Assembly (NCBI GenBank): GCA_023920165.1
Contig: CP089279.1
Span: 2,852,001-2,916,000, forward strand
Length of the DNA: 64,000 bases
Reading direction: 5' to 3'
Source of the DNA: Curvularia clavata
Taxonomy: Eukaryota
Part shown: positions 12,464 through 24,268 of the stretch, piece after piece
How the letters are laid out: each line of letters begins with the position of its first letter
Position numbering within the stretch: the stretch's first letter is position 1
The notes under the pieces: model-generated
The model's database searches: none
What the model saw: only the letters and a program-made list of their open reading frames with translations
What the model was told of the DNA's origin: nothing
Translations under genes and position numbers: made by a program

Positions 12464-15228
12464 TTAAAATCCAGCGGCCAGCATGAGGCCGTAGCCAACC
12501 GTGACGATGACAACAAAAGTAATAACAGAGGCAGGAATACCACGAGTCAAGAAGTGCTTGACTGCGAGGTACCGCTGGCCTGTTCGCTGGTCTTCCATCA
12601 TGATAGCAGCTATCGTCTGTTAGCATCAAATTCTCAGACACAGCCGGAACAAAACATGACTTACTCATATTGGGGAAGCCACTGGTTGGCAGACCCATGG
12701 CTCCACTCGCCATCAACACAGCGCCCATGACAAGCAGATTCGGGTGTGGCTCTGCCATCTGCTGACCGACTTGCTGGACGAGCGGTAGGACGATAAGAGC
12801 TGCAACAGTGTGGCTAATGAAGGTTGCCACTACCAGAATCAAGGCGCAAAAGACGACAAGCACTCCATACAGACTCATGCCTTCGACGCTAGCTGTAATA
12901 GATTCAGCAATCGTGTGCAAGAGGCCAGACGAATTGACGGCTTTTCCGAGAGAGAGACCGCCAGCAGCGAGAATAATGATGGTCCACAGAAAGTTGTTGA
13001 AGTCTTCCTTGGTAAGGATGCCGGTACCGAAGAATAGCACGATGGGGATGATGGCGACAACACCCATATCGCCAAAGACAAACTCGAGTTGGTGGCTGAC
13101 ACACCATAGCATGATGGTCACAACAGTGACAACGCTGATAAAGTATTGAACGCCAGTAAACCTGTCCTTGAGCGGGCGGATAGGTACAATGCTGGTACCT
13201 TTGCCAGGTTGGAAGGTGACGAGGAGAAGCATCCAAATGAGCAAGATGGAGATGATGCACACCGGGAGGGCCACGAAGAACCAGATACCCCACGAGGGCT
13301 CGGGTTGCATGTTCTGAAGCGCAATCAGGTTCTGCGGCGAGGCAATGGGAGACGCGGCTCCGCCAATGTTGGAGGATAGCGCAATTCCCATCAGCAGAGC
13401 CTTGGTCATATCAGAGTCGGCGGGGAGGTTGCGCAGAATAGGCTGAAGCAAGTTAGCTTGGCGCTGTGAATGTTTGTAAACATGGGACATACCTGGATGA
13501 TAGAGAAGCAGAGGACAGGGGCCGCTACGTTGCTGATCCACATACTGGCGAACATGGCGACAAACATGTTGACAAGCAAGACGGTTCGCGGTTTGGTACC
13601 TGCCTTGCTGAGTACAAGCGTAGCCATCATCTTGGCAATATTGTACTTGGAAAGGGCGGCAGCAATGGTGAAACCACCCAGGAGAAGCATGATGACTGGC
13701 GTCCACATGGCCGAGAAGACGTAGGAAGCAGCTTGCTTAGAGTCGAGTCGGCGATGCGGCTCGACATCGCTTCGTACAACGTTGAGAGTGACGGCCAGGA
13801 ATGGGACCAATAGCGACGTGACAAAGAGTGGTATTGCCTATTCTCGTTAGCGCAAGATTGACCATTACCGCGGGTTTGGTGTAACCGTACCTCAGTCGCC
13901 CAAAGCAAACTGACAAAAACGACCATGGCCAAGCAATTCTGCTGCTCCGGCTTCTCCATAATGGGCACTACTAACAAGACGACAAAGACGGCAATACAGG
14001 TGAGCAGCATCCAGAAGGGCTTGCTGATGAGCCACGAGGGACATCTGTATCTTCCAATTGGTGTGTCCACCTCTTTCATGTCGGATTCCACATCGTCACC
14101 CTGTCGTCGCACGTTGCCGCCTGTAGTCTCGCGACCGAGCAAAGTGTGGGTGACGCCTATGTTGGCCGCTTGCGCCTTGCGCTCAATACCAATCATTTCC
14201 CTCCACACCGTGTTCCGCTCCCAGACGACATGCTCTCGCAAATGCAACCTCAGCTCGCGCTTGGCTTCTGCCATGTCGCCCTTTGTACCAATCTTTGCAT
14301 AGGCAGACTCTATGCGTTCCAGGTTGCGTGATAGCTCGTCCATGGTGCTTTGTTGGAAGGGATAGGCCGGGTAGACGTATTTGGTCAAGTAGGTCTTTTT
14401 CAGCTTGCGGTCCAGGATCTTGTCGTACTTTTTCAATACTTTTTCAAATCCCGTCTTGTTCAGCTGGATAAACGAGCGCAGCTCACAGAGCAAGACGTAT
14501 ACGCTCACGATGCGCTTCTTCAACGAAACACCCTCATCATATAGTGCGGAAAAGGCCATGTCGTGGTAGTCGTCGAATGCGACGCTGGCCATGCGCCTGG
14601 ACGAGGCATGCGAGGCGGCCATGTCCTCGTTTGTTCGGCGGCGTCGGCGCTGGCCATCCGGACTCTTCTTACGCAGCCGTGATGTCTCGTCGATTTCTTC
14701 GTCTGAGTCGTCATCGGGGCCGTGGTCGGTGGAGACACCGCTTGTGGCGCTCATTGTGCGGGGGCGCTGGAAGCCGATGGATTTGAAGATGCTTCCGCTG
14801 CGCATCTTCTTTCCTGGCGGGGCATTCTCGTTTTCCTCGTTGTACTCGGCCTGGTGGTCTTCAAACGTCTCCTCGTCATGAAGCAATGCGCTCAGTTCCT
14901 CGTAAATTTCATTTTCCTTGAGCTTGTAAAAGGACGTGACACGCTCGAGCTCGGTATCGAGTGCATTGGTAAAGGTCTTGTCAGGGTCGTCGGCCTCGCC
15001 ATTGAGCAGCGGAGACGATTCGGCGTCTACGTTTGCATGCGCATTTCTTTGGTTGATCTGGGTCTCGAGGCTGTAGATTCTATAGGCAAAGGCCGGTCAG
15101 CCGCGGTGGCTAGTTACGTCGTGTGCGTGGCAGGCGGGTACGTACTGCTTCTTGAGATTGCTGTAAGCAATGTAGTGGTTGCTCCAGTCCGGGACAGCAT
15201 TGAACTGCAGGCTGTGGGAGAACTTCAT
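12464..15228 (-). CDS. SPX-domain low-affinity phosphate transporter, Pho87/Pho90/Pho91 family (multi-exon)
   Basis: MKFSHSLQFNAVPDWSNHYIAYSNLKK and QLNKTGFEKVLKKYDK SPX motifs; SLC13-type core (SMWISNVAAP, SNIGGAASPIASPQN, GLPTSGFPN); ends GYGLMLAAGF*. In-frame upstream ATG at 15366 is possible. Confidence 0.93.
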
Positions 15229-15969
15229 GTCGTCGGCCTCGCGAAGCTGCTGGAGCTTCTGGGCTCGCTTGTGCTGGCGCTTTGTGTGAGGAGTGGAATC
15301 GAGTACCTGAAGCTCAAAGGCTTGATCGGGCGCGCCGTCACGGTATGGAGAGGGAAGAGAGTCCACGGTGGGCGGGTTGTGGGGGGGACTATGGCAACAA
15401 GTAGGCTAGTAGGGCAGGGCTGAGTGGCAGGCGACCATGTGATGTGGGCTGCAGCATCTCGAGAGAGAGAGTTGTCGAGTGGGTGCGCTGTCGTCACTGC
15501 GAACTGTGAGGCGGCCAAGATAATCGGCCATCGGCTGCCATGTGCCGCCTTGATTGGCTCCCCTTGGCCGCGCCCACGCCTCGACATTCACTGTCACGCG
15601 CTGCATATATCCCACATGGGGGCGCCATGGCACTACAGTGTGCCATCTGCCTCGTATCATGTCTCTGGCACAGAGGAGCATCTTCACCATCAGCCGCCGG
15701 TGCGTCCGGAAGCTAGACGATCCTGCATCGACCTGCATCTCAGTTACAGCAACCCTGCCCATCTCGATCGGCACCCGTCATGCATCCGACCGTGACAGGC
15801 CGGCCGGCGCTGATTAGATAAGGACCAGCTACGTCACGTGTTTCATCCATGTCACATGCACAGCCATCGACATAGCAACCTGGAATATTGCTTTGACCCT
15901 CTCGCCCTCAGCTATGTACATCTATCTGGTCACACACACCCCCTCAGTTTGACATCGCCAGGTGATTGT

Positions 15970-18434
15970 TTAGACTAGATTCGGGGGTTAGCAAACGTCA
16001 TGACAGCACAATAGCACCTGGGCACTTACACCTGAGGTCCCAGCCAATCTTGGGTCCTAGCTTAGGCAGCTCCTCAGCCACGCTCTGAACATCCTTGTCA
16101 CCACGGCCAGAGACACAGATGACAATGTCCTGGTCCTTATTCATCGTCTTGGCCAGCTCAATCGCGCCGTAGACCGCGTGAGACGTCTCCAGCGCGGGGA
16201 TGATACCCTCCAGCTGCGACAAGAGACGGAAGCCAATAAAGGCCTCGGCGTCGGTGCATGCAATGAACTTTGCCCGGTCGCTGTCCTTCCAGCTCGACAG
16301 CTCAGGTCCCACGCCAGGGTAGTCGAGGCCAGCAGACACCGAGTGTGTCTCGCTGATCTGCCCGTGCTGGTTCTGGATCACGTACGTGCGCACGCCGTGA
16401 AGAACTCCCTTGGTGCCAGCCGAAAGCGTAGCACTGTGGCGGTCCGTGTCGATGCCATCACCACCAGCTTCGACACCCAGCAGCTTAACCGAAGCGTCCT
16501 TGGAAAAGGGGTAGAACATGCCAACCGCGTTACTTCCACCACCCACGCAGGCAACTACCGCGTCAGGGAGCTTGCCGCGCTTGGCCTGCATCTGTTCCTT
16601 GGTTTCGTTTCCGATAATCGACTGGAAAGTCCGCACAATCGTGGGGAATGGGTGTGGTCCGATCGCAGATCCAATGATGTAGTGAGTTGTGTCGAGATGA
16701 ACGACCCAGGCGCGCATGGCCTCGTTGACGGCATCGCGGAGCGTCTGAGATCCAGCCTCGACAGCTACAACCTGCGCACCAAGCAGCTTGATACGGAACA
16801 CATTCAGAGCCTGGCGTCTGACGTCCTCGGCGCCCATGTAGATGGTGCACTTCATGTTGAACTTGGCGCACACTGTCGCCGTTGCCACACCGTGCTGTCC
16901 AGCTCCAGTTTCGGCAATAATCTCAGTCTTTCCAAGTCTCCTGGCAATAAGAACCTGGCCAAGCGCATTGTTGATCTTGTGACTTCCAGTGTGGTTGAGA
17001 TCCTCTCGCTTCAGCCAGATGTTTGCTCCGCCAGCGTGCTCGGTGAGACGCTCAGCAAGATGCAAATGTCCCGGTCTGCCCATCCATTCGTAATAAGAGC
17101 GGTACTCTTCCCAAAACTTGGGGTCTTCAATCGCCGAATTGAAGCCTTCTTCAAGCTCAGAAAGGCAGTCCATGAGCGACTCGGGGACGTATTGACCTCC
17201 GAACTCGCCGAAACGGGGTGGGAACTTGTGAGTCTCGTTGAACTCGTTCTTTCCACTGGTGCCATTTGTGTCCTCGGTGTTAAGCATCTCCAGTTGGTCG
17301 GCAAGGCCAGGTCCGTTGGGTGTATCCGCATCAGTAATGACCTTGTCCACGTGAACGCCAGTCGGCTCCTTGGCCTCGTTCAAAGTCTCCACAATGCCAA
17401 CCTCGCGTGTCGTTTCCCTGCTGCTCTTTCCGCAGATTTCATCACAGTACTCTTGTACTGCTTTTGCACCAGTGCCAGGCGCAGCCTTGAGCAGAGTGTG
17501 AATAATCTGGCTACCAATAACGACACCTTCAGCAATCTTGCCAACGCTCAAGAAGTGGTCGCGCGTGCTAACACCAAATCCAACCGCTGCTGGCACGTTT
17601 CCAGAGTACTTGTGTACACGCTCGAGAAGCTGGGGAAGGGCCGCGTTCATGGTTCCGGTAGCGCCAGTGACGCCCATGCGAGAGACGACGTATATGAAGG
17701 AGTCGGCAATCTTGCAGAGGACACGCATCCGGTGCTCCGAGGTAGCGGGTGCAATCAGAGGTACATAGGAAAGGCTATTCGTTGTCGTCAGTCTTGTCTT
17801 AGATACAATTGAGTGGCGGACTTACCCATAACTGCGGCAGAAGTTCCTAAAGCGCAGGGCCTCCTCGGGTGGAAGGTCTACCATGATAAAGCCGTTGGCG
17901 CCAGCTTCCTTTGCGTCCTGTAGCATCTTCTCCTCGCCGTAGCTCAGCAGAGGGTTGTAGTATCCCATGAGCAGAACGGGTGCCTTGAGCCCCCGCTTTC
18001 TCGCATCGCGGATCATTTGGAGGACATCGGTAATCGTAACGCCGTTCTTGAGGGCTTGCTATTGACACAATGTCAGGTCGGAAGGGTTTTTGTGCAGTGT
18101 GGCGAATGAGTCAACGTACAGTGTTTGCTGTCTGAATGGCTGGACCGTCTGCGATGGGGTCGGTGAAGGGCATACCGAGCTCAATGATGTCTAGAAACGT
18201 CAATTGACTGTTTGGTCGCATCGCGAGCGCAACTCCTCATGGTACATACCGGCGCCGCCCGCCTCCATGGCCATCATGATGTCGGGCGTCTCTTGAGCGG
18301 TAGGGAAACCTGCCGTCACATAGGTGATGAGAGCAGACTGCAGGCTGTCAATACCAATTACTTTCCGAGCCTTTACGATAACATACTCTGCCCTCCTTCT
18401 TGCATTGCGCAAACGTCTTCTTGATTCCCTCCAT
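15970..18434 (-). CDS. TRP5: Bifunctional tryptophan synthase (alpha-beta fusion)
   Basis: [28 protein letters not shown] alpha motifs; [20 protein letters not shown]-Lys, [24 protein letters not shown] beta motifs; terminal 5-nt coding exon. Confidence 0.98.
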
Positions 18435-18519
18435 GGTTGTTGAATCTTCTAGGTAGAGAAATAAATGTAACGACGAAACAAACTCAGAAATCCAGAGTCC
18501 TTATACGAAAGAATTACTG

Positions 18520-18526
18520 TGAGTCA
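18520..18526. promoter_or_regulatory. Gcn4/CpcA (cross-pathway control) element upstream of TRP5
   Basis: Perfect TGAGTCA inside near-palindrome ACTGTGAGTCACAGT, ~90 nt upstream of ATG; partial TGAGTC at 18574. Confidence 0.7.
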
Positions 18527-20480
18527 CAGTTTCCAGGGCTGTTGTTGGACACCGAGGCAGATGGGAGGGTGTATGAGTCTTGTGTTCACAATTTATTGAG
18601 CCCGAAAGCGGCATGTCGGAGGGGTTGTTGGCCCCGCCAGCGCTGATTGGATGACGTGGCTAAAGGCACAGGCACAATCTCACTCGCTTCTAGAAGGCCG
18701 ATCCAGCCTCAGCGTTCCAAGTTTTCGGTATCAACGTCATGTGGCGACCATTATGGAAAAATTAACGACATCTTCAACACGGCAGTCGGCATTCGTTGAT
18801 GATATTCCTTCTAGTAGGACAGATGCATATCGTGATTCTGCCGCGGTCGAAGCCATATCCGTCTTGCAATCATAGGGTGTAATTTGGGGTTTCATCTGTA
18901 TAGTACTTCTCGGCGCATTTCACACCGACACAAGGAAACTGTGTCATCACTATCAATGCTATCTATATGCGACACCTTTCTCTGTAATTGCGGAGTGAGG
19001 GAATACTCTGGGTCTTGTTGACCTAAACATCCTTTTGACAGCTTCTCTTCTGGCTTGTTGTTCTACCTCTGGTATACACAATAGAAGCAAGTAGCCACAC
19101 CAGCAACCAAAATACTTCAATCTCACGTATTAGGTACTACCTTCACTACGCGCCGTTGGAGTCACGGGTGATCAGATGAGTTTTACTTCTGATTTGTATC
19201 TGTTATGCCTACCGAGAATAAACACTACAGCTGCTATTATAAGAATTAACTGGGTATTATTCCTACTCATAGTTTCGTACATTCGGCTGTTGTTGCAAGT
19301 TTTCGTCAATACAAGTTACACAGGAATTTCTTCAGCGCCTTGGGAAACTCGCTATCGTAGGAAGCTCAGAGCGGTATTTTCTTATTTCTTATTTCGTACT
19401 GCTGTTCGTATGTAAATGCGCCTAGGTAGCACAACAGTAGTCATATCCTCGACGTGCTACATGCCAGAATATTTGAAGTCTGCTTCCCCGGGCAGCGCGT
19501 CTACAAGTCATCACTCGTTCCCTTTCATTTCTAACCGGGTAACGGTCCTGCTACCCATACATATCCAAAATTCTTCTTCAGGTCGAATAGTAGACGTTTT
19601 GTAATTACGTCTTATTTACAAAGCCTTTTAAGAACCACGTCATGTATGATTCACTATCGAAAGTATGCTAAATGAACTCGCTAGCTGAAAAATAGAAGGA
19701 ACAGTGATATGAGAGTGGCTTACGCTGTAAGTGATGTGTGGCGTTGTTGCGTTAAGAATACAAGAGGCTTTGTGTTTCTTGTTAGAGGCGCGCTTCTTGA
19801 AGACTTGATTCTGAGCGGTGAACAACGACACATTCGTCCCTAACTCAGGCAAAAATTACAACCACCGTAATTCCTCTATTACACCTGCTACCATATAGCC
19901 TGTCTACTTGACAACTATGGCTGGCCGTATATTGTCCTCAGCCTACGGTCCTAGTAGCATGTGCAGCCATGCCATCTAACTCCAGCCGTTCGCACTCTAC
20001 TGACTCCATGTCATTCGTGCTTCCTGCTTCGTCTTCATTGCACTCTACTCTTCTTGAGCCTCCCTGATATGTGTTGTAAGAGATTCACCCGGTTTGCCCG
20101 CTGAGCTCAAGAACCGTGAAACCGTCATGAACGTATGAGGCTCGTTCTATCTTCGCAGGTCTGTCGGTCAGAAGAATCTTGCAGCCTGAAGTTGTTAGAC
20201 GGCTAACCTTGACTATTGGTCATCTGGACTTACCAACCTTTAACACCATCTGGAGGCTCTGTACAGCGTGTTCAATATGAACAGTTCAAAGGTTTGCGGT
20301 TGTTCCAAAATTTGGGATGGAAGTCAACCAGACCATCTGTGATCGGAATGCCGTATTTTCTGGGTTGGGTGCCTAGTTAAGGTTTCACCACCATGACAGG
20401 TGGCGGGAGCTGTCCGCTTTCGAGTCTTGCAGATACCAAGGTAACGGCATTGCAACAGCATGGCGTTCATAGGAAGATCT

Positions 20481-21152
20481 CTATCGCGTTCCATATCTCT
20501 TATGAAGTATGCCCCATTCTGAGTCAAAGTATCGCCCGAATCCTCGGATCTCACACATGCGATTGTAGCACTTCTGGCAAAGTTGATTCCGGAATCTGGT
20601 TCTCTCGCAACGCCCATCTCGTCTTGGATCCTTTTCCCAACTCGGATCGGGTTGCCCATACTTGTCTACCGGTCCAATCTTCCAGTTGGCATCGATGCGT
20701 CTCCTTAGCCTTGGGTCGTCGAACACACATGGAAAGCCAAGTCGGTCACCGTCAAATTTTTCGAGCCATGGGCAGTTTTGTTCCTTTGCCTTACGATAGC
20801 ATCGCGCGCATAACTGTCCACGATAGCGTACTGTGCCACAAAGACGTGAGTCCTTGGGATTAAAGCTGCGGCGCCAGCTGTGGGCGTGGTATTCTGGGTC
20901 CTTACAAGCACACAGAAACGGCCAGCCTTTTCTGATTCGCTCCGCAGACTCCAGTTCGAGCTGTTGTTTGTATGCATCAATGAGCTGGTTGACGGATTCA
21001 GTGTCTGGTTGCGTCTCTGATCGCTTATACAGCTCGTCAAAGCTCATATTCTTACACCATGAGCATATTTCTGGGCCTCTTTCTTGCCCTTCTGGACAAG
21101 AGTCACAAGAAGCGCCAAATACGCAGTGAGTCCTTGGAGGTGGTGCCAACAT
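20481..21152 (-). CDS. Cys-rich protein B, putative zinc-binding modules (one N-module, two C-modules)
   Basis: PPPRTHCVFGASC-x13-CSWC; FLCACKDP..W..CGTVRYRGQLCARC; FPCVFDDP..W..CERTRFRNQLCQKC; ATG at 21152. Confidence 0.75.
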   Translation of the reverse strand: MLAPPPRTHCVFGASCDSCPEGQERGPEICSWCKNMSFDELYKRSETQPDTESVNQLIDAYKQQLELESAERIRKGWPFLCACKDPEYHAHSWRRSFNPKDSRLCGTVRYRGQLCARCYRKAKEQNCPWLEKFDGDRLGFPCVFDDPRLRRRIDANWKIGPVDKYGQPDPSWEKDPRRDGRCERTRFRNQLCQKCYNRMCEIRGFGRYFDSEWGILHKRYGTR

Positions 21153-21241
21153 GGTAAGCAACTATACAGTGGCCAACCTGACGGCGTTAGTAACAATACT
21201 GCCGTGAAAGAGTTTACTTACCCAAAGTAGATACCTCCCAG

Positions 21242-21787
21242 TTATGTAGGATCGGAGTTCAAAAGTGTGTTGTATCCCTCCACATCGTCGTCGGATCCCT
21301 CACTGCCCTCCTCCGAGCTTGCCGGCCTAGTTACGACTTTGTCTGCTACCTCATGGCAGAGCCCAGTCGGCGTGAAATACTGCAAGATCCGGATTTTTCG
21401 AAGTCGTCTCCTCCAGCACTTGGGACAAGCAGTGCCTTTTCTACGGACAGAAGGGCAGTCGAGTCGGGTGCCACGGAGGTTCAAGTCGAGTAATCGCCAC
21501 CGACAATGCTGGAAATCAGGATCCTCAAAAGCGCATAGATAGCGGCCGCGCGCTTCGATGTTTCGTTTTAAAACTTGTTTACGAGTGGTTTCTTCGTTGA
21601 TTGTTGTAATAGCCAAAGAGCTGGAGTTTGCCCACACACGGAGTTGTTGTGGATCGTGTCGTTGAAGACAGTCAGGGCAGACACGGTGAGGAACCTGGAC
21701 TTTCTTGCCAATGCCGAGACAATGAAATCCAGTGACGCATTCAACGATTGGCGGGGGTTTGAATAGCGAGTCGGAAATTGAAGACAT
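21242..21787 (-). CDS. Cys-rich protein A, paralogous to protein B (one N-module, one C-module, acidic tail)
   Basis: PPPIVECVTGFHC-x13-CPDC; YLCAFEDP..W..CPSVRRKGTACPKC; same motif order and spacing as ORF B. Confidence 0.72.
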   Translation of the reverse strand: MSSISDSLFKPPPIVECVTGFHCLGIGKKVQVPHRVCPDCLQRHDPQQLRVWANSSSLAITTINEETTRKQVLKRNIEARGRYLCAFEDPDFQHCRWRLLDLNLRGTRLDCPSVRRKGTACPKCWRRRLRKIRILQYFTPTGLCHEVADKVVTRPASSEEGSEGSDDDVEGYNTLLNSDPT

Positions 21788-24268
21788 TGGCTGGTGCCGA
21801 GGATATGGTAGCCTGAAGTTCCGCGCTCGACTCCTTTACGTTTAGTTCAACGTCCTTGCATCGCGCCTTGTGTAACTTGGTGCTATTTCCGGTACGGGCC
21901 TTGGTGATGTCCAATCTGGTATTCCTGACTATTGTGCCACATGATGAAATGATTTGTAGGAGGAAGCGTTTGTCAGGCACAATTGGGTTGCATTTTGCAC
22001 GCGACGGAAAAAGGATGTCGGACAAGCGGATTGCCCGTTTCCGAGGGCATGAGTAGCAGCCAATGCAACGAAGCGAGCACTTTCAGACGCGGCAAGCTAT
22101 GGTCACATTGATGGAAGCTTCTTGTGGCGTAGAAGCTGTCCGACGATTCGGCTCGATAATAATGACTTGGCGGCCTGCGGCCCTGATCAGCTCGGTTGGC
22201 TAACGAGCGTTGTGGCCAAACCACCCCCTTGGACCAATTGGGTACTACCCGTAACGAGATGCACTTGGACGCCATAGCAGATGTTATGATGCATTTTTGC
22301 CTAAAGCTATGATCACTCTAGGGTGTGAGTTTTGCGGTCAAAGCAAGATCCAGAATATCGGCCGGCTCGTATATCATCGTAGCTGAGCCGGATCTCACAT
22401 ACAGCTCTGATGTTAGCGGTTTCATTCGCTGGCGAGGACTGGGAAATAGTGGCGTTCAGAAGAACTTTGTAGTATGACTGCCGAATCTCCGAAGGCTGAA
22501 ACTCGCCGTGATTCGATGATGCCATGATAAAGTTTCGCTTCTCAAATCCTAAACGTTGCTGAAGATCATCGTGCACGTGCTAAGACCTTGCTGATGAAGC
22601 CCAAGCTACTGACTCGTCCCGGTCCATCCGCATCGCAGTGTGACCAAATATGCGTCGTTATCTGAAACCTTGTACGATGATTCCGTCTTTACAGTACTCT
22701 TGCAAACGCTGCACAGCCTCTTGTACGCGATGTGATCGAGCGATCGTAAGTATTCGATCAATTATCTCCTTGTGGCGCCGTGTGCCGATCGGCTAGGTAG
22801 GTACATAGTTCAGAAAAACGACCTTTGCATACCGATTTCACCTGAGCACTAATCGTCGGAACCTTGAGTCACATTCTCTTTGATGTGATTCAAGAATACA
22901 ATCAAACAGCCAATCTGCTGCCGTTGTGCAGGCATGTACTCTAGCGTCACTTCTTGCCCATGGTAAAATGCCGCCGAAACGACTACGGAATCTTCACAGG
23001 TCACCACTATATTGCTACAACTGGATCCAGCAAGGTGCCATGTGTTGTGCAAAACCAACAAAGAGTTGGGGTAATTTGACCAAAGCTGCAGGTTGCCACA
23101 GTGGACCCATGTTGGCATGTTGACCTTGCCTGAAGCAACAATACAATGCTACTGTAGAGCATATAACTGCGTGTGTAGTGTAGTACGATCGTCCAAAGCG
23201 ATATGAGGATACTCAAGGGTGGGCTCCGACGTGTAATTTGTGCAACCAATTACTCCTGTCTGTTTGCACTGTTGTATGCCCAACCCTGAAGGAGTTGTGT
23301 ACTGCAAACCTGGTGTGTTGGTGGCCTTAACGGACGGCTGGTAGTAACGACACCACCGAGGAAAAAAAATGGTCGCGTGCGTCAAGCGATACTGTAAATG
23401 CCACTGTCAATCTATCAAAGGCAGACATTGTACAATGCACCAAGGACTCTTGCTTGATTCATAGGCGTCAAGGATAGGAGTTGCATAATTTACTTGTTCC
23501 GCACTTGAGCTAAACAGTATTTATCCAGTGGCCTTTTTGTGAGGGCACTGTTTCGTGACTGCGGGGAAAGCCGCACCGAGGCTGGCTGAAGCACGGCCAA
23601 GAAGCAACAGCGGAAAAAGCTACATCATGATTTGTTCGTTGCTTGCCGTCGTGTTGGGCTTGCGTGTAAGTAGTGCAGGGAGCGATCATGTCACTACGCA
23701 GGGCTGATGTCACGTACTTCCAAGGCCAACAGGCTAGTATGTACACGGGCATAATATCCCGTGACCGTTGTCTCCAATTAGAGGTCTTGTGCAGTCAGCT
23801 GGAATACGCACGCTGCGGTCTCACTTATTTTTTTCATGCTCCTGTCCGTCCGACTCGCTCCCGGAGGTTAAGGATTGCTGTGGCAACTGCACGTCGGTCA
23901 GGGCTCGGCAAGGCTGTTTGTCGCCTCAGGCAAAGGGATGTATGTAGGTGTACAATTGTGTATGCAAGGAGTCGGGATCTTCAACACCCTTGTTAAGGTG
24001 GCATTGCGCAGAGACCTTTGACCTCAGCGGCGAAGAAAACATGACAAGGTGAAGGTCTGTTCTTTTGACGCGCGGCTGAAATCAACAATGGCCCTGAAGC
24101 ACGGACCGTGCATCCTTGCGCGTTCATTCAATGAAAACATGTGCAACGACGCGCAACCATCACAAAGCATCCCGAGCCATACAAGCGGATACGTCACGGT
24201 ACGAGCCGTAAGACTCTCATAACCTGTTGCCAATCCGCCCATTAGAATAAAAAGACGAGGCTGGCTGA

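Noticed and set aside
16178..17812. 544-aa plus-strand ORF
   Set aside because: Antisense shadow of codon-biased TRP5; no recognisable protein features
21790..23400. Short ORFs upstream of Cys-rich ORF A, including scattered CxxC
   Set aside because: Do not follow the A/B motif, are interrupted by stops, and give no consistent gene model
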